A stretch of 55,111 nucleotides of DNA, taken from a virus. Taxonomy: Duplodnaviria; Caudoviricetes. The stretch is taken from IMG/VR virus record IMGVR_UViG_3300033153_005557, positions 1-55,111 of that record; one strand, given 5' to 3'. The position numbers and the translations under genes were made by a program. Under the pieces are notes generated by a model that ran no database searches, had not been told where the DNA came from, and saw only the letters and a list, made by a program, of their open reading frames with translations. This document shows positions 8,137 through 18,868 of the stretch, in pieces; the first letter of the stretch is position 1; every line of letters begins with the position of its first letter.

Positions 8137-11100
8137 TTATTTTCCTTTGTCTGAGCCCATCTTATCATACGTTCTGCTTACGTCTAAGCCGAGACCAGCC
8201 TTCATGGAGCCGGTAACGACGTTTGCTTCGCCTTCGAGTACGTCAAAGACGTTTCTTGCTTGTATTGGCAGTGTTTGTAATACTTGGTAGACCATGTATG
8301 ATGGCCACTCTGCGGGACCTAACGGTCCTCTTCGGTTGCTCTCCCACGTATACAGGCCCTTTTGGCCGATCTGGGTTATCGGGGTGGGTCGTTTTTGGTC
8401 GAACCGTGTGCCCGCTACCAGGTCTACAACCGGTTTTGCCACGGCGGATGACTTATGGTACATCATTTTTACCGGGCTGGAGATCATTTTTGCCGGGTCA
8501 AGGAAGTGACCGAGCGTGTTCAGATAGTGATCTGTCTGCTGTGAGCCGCCTAGAATGTGGATTGCGGGTGATATATCGGCTTTCAGTGCGTTAAATTTAC
8601 CCCTTTTTACCGCCTTCTTGTACCGTTCCATCAGATCATCGTCGTCAAGACCGGCCATTGCGAAGTTTATCAACGTAGCCAGTATCAATGACCGCCCGAT
8701 GATACGGAGCCAGAACATCTTATATATCTCCTGTTCCATATCAGACCCGGAAAAAGCGGTACCAACGCCAGAGAAGCCCACCCCCGGCTTCTTATACAGT
8801 TTTAATACGGATATGACGTTCGATGCCGTCCAGTCAGGACCCAAGAGTAACAGACGCATCGTGTCTTGTGCCGTCTTGCTGGCTCCCAGCCGATCTGTGT
8901 TTAGGCCGCCAAAGTCGGCATTCGCCATTCCGGCTACTGCACGATAGATATTGGCCTCTGTCTCCGAAAAATACGATTCCTCGTTGATCTCGGCCTTACC
9001 AAAGGCGGAGTTGTACGTGATATGGTGCGGAGCTAGCGCCGGTGGTGTTGCATTCTTCGATGCTTGCTTCTCTTCGAGAATCTTCTCGCCATGCTTAATT
9101 AACAGTGCCTGTGCCTCGTTAAAAGCCGTTGCGGTCTTTAGTGACGACCCAAACACACCGAACATCTCGCCTTGGAGGCGTTGTGTAAGGTCTGACATAC
9201 GTGATATCAGCAGATTTGCTTGTTTTGTTGGGACGTTTCGTAGCTCACCAGCAGTGAATTTCTCCAATCCCGTCTTGAATTGTAGATTCTTGATACCAAC
9301 GTCCTGTACCTGGAACGCGGTCATGCCGTAATGCACGAGAGCGTGGAATTGTCTGGAGTTCCCCAGAATCGCGTCCAGTCCAAGTTGCCGACGTGAGCCG
9401 TAATCCAGCCGTGTCTTCAACTTACCCAGAAAATCGCCTCTTCCGGTGAAATCGTCCAGCTTCCACTCCGTGCCAGGAGCCGCACGACCGCCGATCATAG
9501 CGGACCATAACAATCCTCGTCTGTGAAACATGCCCCAGGCGATCTTGATGAGCTTCAGTTTCGCGTTAAACGCCATCAGAGACAGCCCAAACTGCGTTCT
9601 ACGGAATGTAGATGTCTTTGTGATGCGATTTACGAAATCCGCGATCTCTGTCGGAGCGTAGACATCACGGAATTGTGGGCGGATATCACCGCCTTTGGCC
9701 TTCTGTACTGATACTGCGTCCTCGAAGGTGGCTAGATTAGCCGCTAGGACCTTCCCGTTGGGACCGACCACCTGTAGGGTCATAAGTTTGCTTCCGGCGG
9801 CCTCAAGAAGCTTAAACCCCCCGTCAGGCCCCAATTTAAAGAAGCCTGACGATATATTGCTGTCTATCATATGCTGGTTTGCCAGAACATTTGCGACGTC
9901 CTGGTTGCCTGCTATGTAGTTTGCGAAGAAATCCGGGAACTTTAGTATTCTGCCATCCGCTAAATGTGGAGCTAAGGTCTCGAATTTACGACCCAATAAC
10001 CTCCCTGTAACCACCTTGAATACGTTCTCGGGCGTCTCACCCTCTTCTGCCGCCTTTCCCTCGGTAAATACGCGTGGAGAGTAGAACTGTTCTTGCTGGC
10101 CTGCGAATCGTGAGCCAGAGGCAATCAGATTCCAGTTCTCGTCCGCCATATTGGAATACTCGTTCTCGATGAAGTGACGTATCTTCCCGCCAAACTCGCC
10201 CTCGCCAAGCACAATTTCGCTTGATAACGGCATAACAGACAAATACCGCTTATATTCTGCCAGCTTGAAGTTTTCTTCGTTCGTTAGTGAAGATTTCGCC
10301 TCCAGTGCCTTTATGGTGTTTCTGACCGCTATCCCCTGTCTCGACAGTGTCTCGACTGCATTCTCCGTATTCATAGCGTCAACAGCGAAATGCATCGCCA
10401 ACGAGTATTGTGCAGCGGTATTACGGATGCCCATGTCGCGTTTGGCAATATTCTTCAATATCGTCCGAAGTTTAAACTCCGGTTGGATGCCGAATATCTC
10501 CATAAACGCCGTATGCAGCTTCAGACCGTCCGTTTGTACTTTCATGTTCCGTACATCACGCAAGGCGAATGACTGCTCCTGGAACTCTACAAGCCGCATT
10601 GCCAGTGCGGTACGGATGGATGCGTCCTTCAGGGCTTGGTTTCGCACATTCTTGTTGTAATGGTCGATTGATTTCTGTAGCCGTGATGCTTCTGCTACCA
10701 GTGCTTCTCCTTCCGGGTCGGCTGTTAAATATTCATCTAACAAAGCCGCACGTTCAGCGGATACAATACTCTGTGGGTCTGTGATATCACGGATAATATT
10801 CTGTACCGTCGCTAATGCATCGGCTTTTGCACCTAATGTCTTTGATGACAATGCCTCGTCTACCATAGCCGCAAGTGCGGCTTTTACGTCCTGTGGGCTG
10901 GAATCAGCGACGTTCTCCGCGGCAGCACCTTCTATGCCAGCCAGGTCAATCCGGCTCATGAGATTATAGCTCTCCATCACCTTATTCAGTATAAACCCGA
11001 TCTCTCGGGCGATATCCTCGCCCTTGCTTTGCAGCAATGGCCCTACAAGCCCACTGACGTTCTTTTCACCCTTAAAGTTGATCGCTCGTGCTACAGTTGC

Positions 11101-14100
11101 CATCGGGGATGCTGCTACACCACGATCTCCGCCTACCCTGTCGGACTTGCCAGCCATACCGCGAATCTCTGGTGCGGTCAGATTGGCGGTAAGAATCTCT
11201 GATAGATACCGTAACGTCTCTCTGGCGGCGTTCTGGGCCGTTAAATCCGTAGAGATGGTTACGGGAGCAGAACCGGGTTTTGTAATCAGGTCAGACGTCA
11301 CAGGTAGGTTCTCGCCCTCAATGAGCGGAATACCCAACCGTTGTGCGTTTTCTGCTTCAAGTTGGCCTGCGGTCTCTGATGTACCTAATTCTGACAGCAA
11401 CACGGAAGAACCGTCATCCGGCAGTCCTTTGGAGATGAAAAACTGCACGATGTCATCTGCTGTTATGCGTGCGTCAACGGCCACATCGAATGAGGTGTCG
11501 GCTACTGTCACTGGAACCGTGCTGTCTGATTGTGTAAATAACGCGAATAACGATGCTGCTGCGACGCGTTTGCGTAATTTCGGAGATACACTCTTATACA
11601 GTGTGCCGTCGATAAGTTGTGTATTGATTTCTTCCAGATTCTTGATCGCGGAAGCTAGATCGGTGTCTGCCTTCAAATGATGTGCTTCTGCCGTTATCGC
11701 CCACATTGGTCCAAACAGCTTTGTCAGGTCGTTAAGGCGGCGTATATCGCTGGATGATTGGAGATCAAATTCTAGATTACCAACCCGCAATACGGTTGTT
11801 TCACCGTCAATACCGTGTGTTGACCGGTTTTGGTCTGAAGGTAGGTCCAATGCACGGAATATATCGACGTATGCCGCCTCAGACAACGGGAGGTATACAT
11901 CCTCGAATCTCTGTTCGCTTAATTGTCCGATGCGTCGTATTGATTTTATTGTAGGACCGACCACTCTGGCACCAATCGGCTGTACTGAACCCGTCGTAGA
12001 TGCCGCTTTTGCTTGGAATTCTTCTCTTGATAACGCTTCTTCGGTGTTAATATCGTCATTTTCAGAACCGATCTCGCGCGCAGCATCTACTTTTGCCTTA
12101 TCACGCATTACTCCCGCGTCAGTATTCATCTGCCGGACACCACCGAGGACCTCGTCAAACCGACCTGACGGTATCAACTCCTTGGCTAATGCCTCAAAGT
12201 CCGCTCTTGTCGCAATAACACGCGGGTCTCCGGCCTTGATATCCAATAATCTTAATGCACCCTTAGACGCGTTAGTCAGTAATTGCTGCAAGCGTGCTTC
12301 CTTGGCTTCGCTCCATGTTGCCGTGACATCACGCTTTGCCCAATTAGATGCAAAGTCATTTAGAATACGCCTTGCCCGCTTTGACCGGCTGGTTTCCTTA
12401 ATTACCGGGTCACGGGATATCTGTCTTGCGACTGCACGTAGTCCTGTTTTACCGCCTACAAGCCCGCCAATGGCGTTTATCGCACCAACGTGCTTACTAA
12501 CCTCGGCAAACTCTGGAATCGGTTTATTGTTTAGTTTGGCAACCACAACGCCAGTGAGAAATCTCTGTAATGCAATCTGCTCGGAATCAGCCATATCGAA
12601 CTTACCGGCGTACAAAGCTATATATTCAGTGATTCTATGCCGTAGCTCTTGTACTTTTGTGTCATGCTGCTCTTTCGCGTCTACCGTCTCAATACGCAGG
12701 CGTATATTATCAGATGCCTTAACGGACGGAAACAACGGCTGGCTGACCGGGCCTTGTGGCCCCTCACCCTTTATTGAAGGTTGTGCGTCCTGTGTGGCCG
12801 CTGTGGGCGTCTTAATCGTTTTACCTATCCTAGACAGGAATCCACGCTTCTTGGCAGCAGCGGAAGCCCTAGGGCCTCTAACCAACCTCTCTGCCGCAGC
12901 GAATACGTTACGAAACGTCGCACGTACCGGCTGTTGCCTCTGTTCCTGCTGGAATTCTTCGAATGCTTCTGCGGGAGCCTCTTGCACATCAGAGTCTGCT
13001 ACATTGAACATATCCAATACCGCATCCCGAGATTCTCCCTCCATCTGTTGTATAACGGCATGGACAACTTCATGACCCAATGTAGAGCCCTGATAAGTGT
13101 TTATGGCAATAATGTTCTGATTCAGTCCCTTTTCTTCGAGTTGTAACCATAATTCTTCACTAACACCTACGCTTTTAGCACCTGACGGACTCTGATGGAA
13201 CTGGGCGGCTACGGCCTCTCCCGCTGACCCTGTCAGAGTATCCGACTTAACAACAGCGATCTTCTGACCGTTTATCGTCATTGTCAGTGCCTGGCCGGGT
13301 ACGAACTCTTCTATGTTAACGCTGCCGCCATGATCTATCATAATGGCCTGTAGCGGGTTATTTCGGAGATTAGCGACCGCATTCTCTATTGCAGTCGCGT
13401 TTATGTTTGCTCTCTCTTTCAGTGTTAAGTCTCTACCACCATTGACCTTACGTAGCTTCTCTTCCTCAGTGATAGATTCCATAACAACATGACGTGCGAC
13501 GAAATCCAGTGATTCATTACTGAATTCCGGTATATCTGCTCGGAGTTGACGTTTTACTTGATTAATGAAATCTGCGGTCTTTAAGCGGGTATTAAGCCCA
13601 CGAACCGCCATTGCACCACCGATAAGCCCTTCAAGAAAGAATCCGGCAACAAAGGCGTCACCCATCTGTCCGAGTACTTCATCCATGTTTACCGTACCAT
13701 CTATATTGCGGGGAAGTATCCCCTCTAACCCCTCTACTTGCAGTGTGCCTTCTGTCAGAGCCATCTGCATACCTTCTTGCAACCACTCCTCAACACCACC
13801 AACAAACGCCTCTGTAGCTCCGGCCCTGAATAACTGTGTTAGTGCCTGCATACGGGAAGTGTCGCTAAACACCTCTTTCAGTATTTTGCTCATCCCAAGA
13901 GTGTTTACCTTGCCGGTGCTACCCGCTCGTGCGATATCGTCAAGTCTGGTGGAACCACGCCCGATTGCGGTACGAAGAAGCTTTAAACGCTCCGCTCTGC
14001 TCGCAGAACCAACCAGTCCTCGCAATCCAGGTACCGCTCTTGCTGTTTTAACCAGTGCCGTACCGGTGAATATTTCTACCGCACCCAGGGCTGCACCGCC

Positions 14101-14952
14101 GAGAATGGACATATCACGTGCAAGTGACTGTTCCACACCTGCCCGTCTAAGGTCATAGAACATATCAGTGCCCATATGAGAGCCGATGACACCCGCACTA
14201 AGAGCGGGGCCAACGACCGGTACCATAGCCGCTAAAAGAGCGGCACTCATTGTAGGAGCGTTAGCCGCAACCAGGTTAATAAACCCGTCTATTGGTCCGT
14301 CTGGTTCGTGGTACCCAATAAGCTGTGCTGCTTCTTGATAGGCCATGCCGGTAGCCTCACCTTGGAGACCCAGCCTTGCGGGACCAGCAAGCAGTTCTAT
14401 GCCCTGTGCTGCGGAGTTAAAGATCGACCGTAGGTGTCCATACTCTATCTTATTCTGTATATCCTTGCTCTGGGCGTTAAGTCCCTTGATAATGTCTTCT
14501 ATAATCTGGCCCTCTTGCTGGCGGTTCTGTTTTGCTGATACAACCGCGGCACCCTCTGTAAACGCCTTTTTGGCCTTCAAGGAGTATTTTGGGTCCTTCC
14601 ATACCTTCTCTAGCGAGGCATCGTACGTCTTTATGTTCTTTGGAAGCAGTTTACCAGGAATCGCCTGCACACTACCGTGTTGTTCGGCAAGGAACGGTTC
14701 TGCGATATCCAGGCCCTTCTGTATCTGTGTGTCATAGAACTCATCTTCCGTGACTGGTTGTGCGAACTTAGCCCGTCTTACCTGTTCTGCGTTGCTTACC
14801 GTCCGGTTATTGAAGTCTATCTGTGAGAAGCGGTTCTTCTCCTGTGCCGTCAACTCGGCTACAGTCAGATCGGAGTCAACGCTTTCAAGCCCGCGTTCTA
14901 TCGTAGCGGTGTCTTTACTGGTGGTCGCACCGAGAGGTCTATTCTTCGCCAT
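8137..14952 (-). CDS. Large internal virion/ejection protein (2271 aa) with zincin-like HExxH motif
   Basis: Position at the end of a podovirus-type module, Ala/Gly-rich TM-like segments, and HEVVH...EAPAEAF. Confidence 0.75.
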   Translation of the reverse strand: MAKNRPLGATTSKDTATIERGLESVDSDLTVAELTAQEKNRFSQIDFNNRTVSNAEQVRRAKFAQPVTEDEFYDTQIQKGLDIAEPFLAEQHGSVQAIPGKLLPKNIKTYDASLEKVWKDPKYSLKAKKAFTEGAAVVSAKQNRQQEGQIIEDIIKGLNAQSKDIQNKIEYGHLRSIFNSAAQGIELLAGPARLGLQGEATGMAYQEAAQLIGYHEPDGPIDGFINLVAANAPTMSAALLAAMVPVVGPALSAGVIGSHMGTDMFYDLRRAGVEQSLARDMSILGGAALGAVEIFTGTALVKTARAVPGLRGLVGSASRAERLKLLRTAIGRGSTRLDDIARAGSTGKVNTLGMSKILKEVFSDTSRMQALTQLFRAGATEAFVGGVEEWLQEGMQMALTEGTLQVEGLEGILPRNIDGTVNMDEVLGQMGDAFVAGFFLEGLIGGAMAVRGLNTRLKTADFINQVKRQLRADIPEFSNESLDFVARHVVMESITEEEKLRKVNGGRDLTLKERANINATAIENAVANLRNNPLQAIMIDHGGSVNIEEFVPGQALTMTINGQKIAVVKSDTLTGSAGEAVAAQFHQSPSGAKSVGVSEELWLQLEEKGLNQNIIAINTYQGSTLGHEVVHAVIQQMEGESRDAVLDMFNVADSDVQEAPAEAFEEFQQEQRQQPVRATFRNVFAAAERLVRGPRASAAAKKRGFLSRIGKTIKTPTAATQDAQPSIKGEGPQGPVSQPLFPSVKASDNIRLRIETVDAKEQHDTKVQELRHRITEYIALYAGKFDMADSEQIALQRFLTGVVVAKLNNKPIPEFAEVSKHVGAINAIGGLVGGKTGLRAVARQISRDPVIKETSRSKRARRILNDFASNWAKRDVTATWSEAKEARLQQLLTNASKGALRLLDIKAGDPRVIATRADFEALAKELIPSGRFDEVLGGVRQMNTDAGVMRDKAKVDAAREIGSENDDINTEEALSREEFQAKAASTTGSVQPIGARVVGPTIKSIRRIGQLSEQRFEDVYLPLSEAAYVDIFRALDLPSDQNRSTHGIDGETTVLRVGNLEFDLQSSSDIRRLNDLTKLFGPMWAITAEAHHLKADTDLASAIKNLEEINTQLIDGTLYKSVSPKLRKRVAAASLFALFTQSDSTVPVTVADTSFDVAVDARITADDIVQFFISKGLPDDGSSVLLSELGTSETAGQLEAENAQRLGIPLIEGENLPVTSDLITKPGSAPVTISTDLTAQNAARETLRYLSEILTANLTAPEIRGMAGKSDRVGGDRGVAASPMATVARAINFKGEKNVSGLVGPLLQSKGEDIAREIGFILNKVMESYNLMSRIDLAGIEGAAAENVADSSPQDVKAALAAMVDEALSSKTLGAKADALATVQNIIRDITDPQSIVSAERAALLDEYLTADPEGEALVAEASRLQKSIDHYNKNVRNQALKDASIRTALAMRLVEFQEQSFALRDVRNMKVQTDGLKLHTAFMEIFGIQPEFKLRTILKNIAKRDMGIRNTAAQYSLAMHFAVDAMNTENAVETLSRQGIAVRNTIKALEAKSSLTNEENFKLAEYKRYLSVMPLSSEIVLGEGEFGGKIRHFIENEYSNMADENWNLIASGSRFAGQQEQFYSPRVFTEGKAAEEGETPENVFKVVTGRLLGRKFETLAPHLADGRILKFPDFFANYIAGNQDVANVLANQHMIDSNISSGFFKLGPDGGFKLLEAAGSKLMTLQVVGPNGKVLAANLATFEDAVSVQKAKGGDIRPQFRDVYAPTEIADFVNRITKTSTFRRTQFGLSLMAFNAKLKLIKIAWGMFHRRGLLWSAMIGGRAAPGTEWKLDDFTGRGDFLGKLKTRLDYGSRRQLGLDAILGNSRQFHALVHYGMTAFQVQDVGIKNLQFKTGLEKFTAGELRNVPTKQANLLISRMSDLTQRLQGEMFGVFGSSLKTATAFNEAQALLIKHGEKILEEKQASKNATPPALAPHHITYNSAFGKAEINEESYFSETEANIYRAVAGMANADFGGLNTDRLGASKTAQDTMRLLLLGPDWTASNVISVLKLYKKPGVGFSGVGTAFSGSDMEQEIYKMFWLRIIGRSLILATLINFAMAGLDDDDLMERYKKAVKRGKFNALKADISPAIHILGGSQQTDHYLNTLGHFLDPAKMISSPVKMMYHKSSAVAKPVVDLVAGTRFDQKRPTPITQIGQKGLYTWESNRRGPLGPAEWPSYMVYQVLQTLPIQARNVFDVLEGEANVVTGSMKAGLGLDVSRTYDKMGSDKGK

Positions 14953-16639
14953 TGTCTTCCTCTTTTACTTTGCGAGCTCCGATTGACCGGAGGAAGCCAT
15001 CAATACCAAGGCCTATTCCAACACGGATACCTTTTTTCTTACCCTGTTCGATGATGTCCTCGCTCTTCTGACCTGCTTTGATTGTTCCACGAACAGCCTT
15101 TCCACTGACTTTTACACCGGCATCCAGTATAGCTTTCGCAATCGCTCTGTCAACCGTATCACCCGTCACCAGAGTAACCTCATTGGAAACCAGGTCCTGC
15201 ATCTTCCAGAAAGCGAGTTCGTCTATATCTGCTGCGGTATCAGGAGCAAGGTCATCACCCAACAAAGCTCGTTTCTGGTCATCCGTCATCTCTTGTAATG
15301 CTTCTGTTGCCAGTTTCGTGACCTGTCCAGTACGGTGTAATGTTGCAATAACCTCCTTCTTGATCTCCGGCACGGCCTTCTGTAGTTCTGCTCGTGTTAC
15401 GTCAGGACGTGCGATGTCTCGTCCAAGTCGCTTAAGTTTATCTTTCGTTCCACCAAATGCTTCGATTATTGGGTCTGCAACAACACCAGCGGCTACCACT
15501 GCTCCGCCACCAAGCACATCTCTCGCTGCAATAGCTGTTGGAATCGGAGCAATCGCACCCAATGCTCCGGCAAGTGCGGGAGATTTGTCTATTAGTTTGG
15601 TTATTGCATTGCCGAGTTTGGGCCTTAGTTTGGTTCTTACCGCCCTTGTGGCTATCTCAACCGGGTCTCCTGGGCCGAGTTTATCCACTTGTGCGTCCAG
15701 TTTTGCCTTCTCGCCCTCACTAACGTCTAATCCGGCTATGGCGTCATGGAACTTGTCCACAATGATATCCTGTGCTATTGGATGAAGAGCGGCGTCATTC
15801 TGGACGAAATTGTCGTCAATCTGTTTTCCTATCTGGGATTCTATGTTTCGTGCGATCTTGGTGAATGCTGCTTCTGCTACATCGGAATCTTCCGGAATAG
15901 CATTGATATTGAGTTTATTGGCGAATTCTTCAAAACTTTTCACTTCACCAAGACCAGGAATATCTATTTCGAGGTCTCGTATTGCATCCCGCGTCTTATT
16001 TTCTACGGTTATTATGCCCTTATCACCCTCTCCGGCTTCTACTGGGGCCTTTTCCGCAATAGGGCTGTTAAAATCTGGTTGCGTACCAAACTCTGCCGTT
16101 GTCTTTGTCTTAAACAAACCACGTTCTGTCCGGATTACCTGTACACCGTCTTTGGTCTCAACCGTAGGCCGCTGTCTTGGACCGATACCTCTTATCGGTG
16201 ATGGCGGGTCTTGCGTTGTATCTGGTTCTCCTGCTACCGCACCCGGCTTAGCAGTTCCAATACGAGAAATCGGTACTGTTGTCGCGGATGGTGTGCGTAT
16301 TTGCCTTACCGGAGCTCCATCCCCACCAAAAGTAGTACGTAGACTTTCTTCGCTTGTAGCGATACCTCTTTTCAGAGCACCGATAGAGCCAATAACGGCT
16401 GGATTTCGGAATGTCTGGTTCTCCAGTTGTGCAATCTTAACCCTACTAGCTGTGTTTTGTGTCCGTGCTTGTTCCGTGACCTGGAACTGCTGTACTCGGT
16501 TTTGCAGTTTCTGCTGGTCCATTGCGATCTTGAACCTGAATAGGTCTGCCTGCCGGGCAAGATGTCGCTCATATGATCGTGTCAGCCCCGTTACCAGTGC
16601 AGCACCACTCTGAACACCAAAGAATCCGTCTTGTGCCAT
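14939..16639 (-). CDS. Putative ejection (internal virion) protein
   Basis: Synteny, Q-rich N-terminal coiled coil and Ala/Gly hydrophobic stretch. Confidence 0.6.
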   Translation of the reverse strand: MAQDGFFGVQSGAALVTGLTRSYERHLARQADLFRFKIAMDQQKLQNRVQQFQVTEQARTQNTASRVKIAQLENQTFRNPAVIGSIGALKRGIATSEESLRTTFGGDGAPVRQIRTPSATTVPISRIGTAKPGAVAGEPDTTQDPPSPIRGIGPRQRPTVETKDGVQVIRTERGLFKTKTTAEFGTQPDFNSPIAEKAPVEAGEGDKGIITVENKTRDAIRDLEIDIPGLGEVKSFEEFANKLNINAIPEDSDVAEAAFTKIARNIESQIGKQIDDNFVQNDAALHPIAQDIIVDKFHDAIAGLDVSEGEKAKLDAQVDKLGPGDPVEIATRAVRTKLRPKLGNAITKLIDKSPALAGALGAIAPIPTAIAARDVLGGGAVVAAGVVADPIIEAFGGTKDKLKRLGRDIARPDVTRAELQKAVPEIKKEVIATLHRTGQVTKLATEALQEMTDDQKRALLGDDLAPDTAADIDELAFWKMQDLVSNEVTLVTGDTVDRAIAKAILDAGVKVSGKAVRGTIKAGQKSEDIIEQGKKKGIRVGIGLGIDGFLRSIGARKVKEEDNGEE

Positions 16640-16653
16640 GTCTATACCTTTCG

Positions 16654-17556
16654 CTATGAAGCAATTCTATTATATGCGTCCTGCTGTGCCTGTCCAGCCT
16701 GTATTCTGCCAGCACCGCTGATTATACCACCAATCGCTGCACCCTTCTGGGCCGATAGCAGGTTATTGGTCAGGAAACTTGATAGTCTTGAGCTATAACT
16801 GAACGACGCTACCTGATTCTCGACGTTTGTTATATTACCAAGCTGTTTAGCTGCATTTATTAAATCTTCTTTCCGGAATGCGTTCAGTACCGATGTCGGA
16901 GCAAACAGCCCTTCCATGCGTTCTGAGAGCTCACCTAGCTCTGCCTTTACCGTTCTACCACCTATAGCTGCCCCGCCACGTTGATCGGGCCTTACGTTGC
17001 CAGCAGTCGCCTGTTCGGCTTGTATGTTTCCCGTTGTCGCTCGTGTACGTAGCCCTTCTGCCACCTTAAGTCTATTAATGCTTCCAGCGGCCTTACGGTC
17101 TACGTCACCCGCCTTTGCTTTCGACACATCTCCTTGTATCGCCTTTACCCATTGAGACTTAAGTTGCTTTGCCCGCTCTGAAAGAGCCGGTTTGTCTTGT
17201 GGTTGGGCACCGGTAGTACTTCCACCAGCAGCCAGTGACAGACCTGCGGCACCAAGGAATAGTGGACTTGTGAACGATAGACCCGGTATAATTGGTTTTG
17301 TCAGTAGTTTACCGCCTGCGGCAAGCTGACCACCTAAACTCGTGCCTACGTTAGCCGCTGCTGATGGCGGACCAACAAAACCGGCTCCGCTTCCCGTCCC
17401 TGCGGTTGTTCCACCAAAACCACCACCAAAGCCGAACCCGGCTGCTGCACCGATACCGGCACCGGTAAGCGTTGATTTTGTATTACCACCGGTTAGCTGA
17501 CCTACGCCAGCCCCGATTCCGGCTCCTACTGCCATTGCTAATAATGGTAAAGGCAT
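16654..17556 (-). CDS. Putative ejection/pilot protein
   Basis: Gly/Ala-rich hydrophobic N-terminus (MPLPLLAMAVGAGIGAGVG) and synteny. Confidence 0.65.
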   Translation of the reverse strand: MPLPLLAMAVGAGIGAGVGQLTGGNTKSTLTGAGIGAAAGFGFGGGFGGTTAGTGSGAGFVGPPSAAANVGTSLGGQLAAGGKLLTKPIIPGLSFTSPLFLGAAGLSLAAGGSTTGAQPQDKPALSERAKQLKSQWVKAIQGDVSKAKAGDVDRKAAGSINRLKVAEGLRTRATTGNIQAEQATAGNVRPDQRGGAAIGGRTVKAELGELSERMEGLFAPTSVLNAFRKEDLINAAKQLGNITNVENQVASFSYSSRLSSFLTNNLLSAQKGAAIGGIISGAGRIQAGQAQQDAYNRIAS

Positions 17557-17568
17557 TATATATCCCTT

Positions 17569-18168
17569 CTAAGATGCCATCTTTTGTGCGAATAAGAAAT
17601 CACCAACGCCGCTGCCAATCCCGCCCGCGACATTCGTCGCAAACGTTCCGAACTGGCTACGGTTTGCTTGGTTAGCTGTTAAGGCCTGGTTATACGCCTG
17701 AGCGGAGTTTACACCAAGTCGTTGTTCGTTTGCTATTGTAGTTGCCGCGATATCACGACTTAACGTTTCATCTCCTATGGCCTCGTCCTGGAAGCCACGA
17801 CGCTGTGTGTCCTGTGCGGAGGTATAAGCACGGTTCAGAGACGTATTAAGAAAGCTACGTACTCTGGTATCCCTCGGGTCCAGCGTGCGGTTTAACTGCG
17901 AATTCAGTTCTCCACGTGCCTGTCCGAAGCTACGTTTGAGTCCCGCTGATGCGGTCAACTTGCGCTGCTCCAGTGCACCCGGAGGCCCAAATCCGGTACC
18001 CGCCAACCCAGACTCGATAAAAGGGAATAGCTCAGACTTAGCCTCACGGCCGATACCCGTCTCCGTTATCGTAGAAGTTGGTTGTGGCGGACTCTTACCA
18101 CCACTCTTGAATCGTACGAATGGGTCAATACCGAATACTTCTTCTAACGTATTTTTTCCGATTATCAT
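17569..18168 (-). CDS. Putative ejection protein
   Basis: KSGGKSPPQPTST motif typical of processed ejection proteins, Gly-rich C-terminus, and synteny. Confidence 0.55.
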   Translation of the reverse strand: MIIGKNTLEEVFGIDPFVRFKSGGKSPPQPTSTITETGIGREAKSELFPFIESGLAGTGFGPPGALEQRKLTASAGLKRSFGQARGELNSQLNRTLDPRDTRVRSFLNTSLNRAYTSAQDTQRRGFQDEAIGDETLSRDIAATTIANEQRLGVNSAQAYNQALTANQANRSQFGTFATNVAGGIGSGVGDFLFAQKMAS

Positions 18169-18593
18169 TATAATTCCTTTTCCATGCGTACTTCTTTTGA
18201 TACTACCATTCCCCATAGCTTCGAGAACGCGTCAGGACGCCTCACAGTGTCCACTTTGAATCTTTTGGCACCAAACCCTCTCATCCACTCTTCGGCAAGC
18301 CCAACGGCCTCCAGAGCCCTTTTATGGTTACATCCCTTAGAAGAGCAAGAGAACGGTAAGAACGCAGATGTCGGGTCCAGTAACCCAGGAGCTTCTGCCT
18401 GCGTAAACCCAACAATCTTGCCGTTACGGCGTACTATGAATATAGCTATATTGGCTCGCCAGTTATAGTCCAGATACGCCAAATAGTTCTTTGCAGAACA
18501 TGTACGACCCGGAATCTTCTTAAAAAGATTCAACACAGCAGCAATATCCGCTGGTGTTGGTTCTAGTAACCGCTCTACGATGTATTCTGCCAT
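18168..18593 (-). CDS. GNAT-fold protein (T7 gp13-like position)
   Basis: FIVRRNGKIVGF...AEEWMRGFGAKRF pattern. It precedes the ejection genes. Confidence 0.65.
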   Translation of the reverse strand: MAEYIVERLLEPTPADIAAVLNLFKKIPGRTCSAKNYLAYLDYNWRANIAIFIVRRNGKIVGFTQAEAPGLLDPTSAFLPFSCSSKGCNHKRALEAVGLAEEWMRGFGAKRFKVDTVRRPDAFSKLWGMVVSKEVRMEKEL

Positions 18594-18604
18594 TGTATAC
18601 CTAC

Positions 18605-18868
18605 CTATGTTATCATTGCACTTACCATTGCGTCAGTCTCTGCGATCTTTGCCTTAATGTCTACCAACTCTGTCTGGAAGTTACTAACATTGTCCAGTAT
18701 TGTCTTAATCCAGACAAGGCTAACCGTGTCGCCGTTTGCTACATCAGCGGCAGCGGCTACATCAGCCAGTGCGTTAAACTCTGTGTACGTCAGACTGACG
18801 AATACTTTGTTCCCTGAATCCGCTAATTTAATCATAAGTATATCCTTTAATATCCTATCGCTGTCCAA
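18605..18868 (-). CDS. Hypothetical virion-associated protein
   Basis: ORF in the late operon with a C-terminal coiled coil. Confidence 0.55.
   Translation of the reverse strand: MDSDRILKDILMIKLADSGNKVFVSLTYTEFNALADVAAAADVANGDTVSLVWIKTILDNVSNFQTELVDIKAKIAETDAMVSAMIT

Noticed and set aside
8223-16613. Many long plus-strand ORFs (e.g. 11930..13075, 15810..16613)
   Set aside because: They are antisense shadows of long minus-strand genes, with Ser-rich low-information translations and no RBS.
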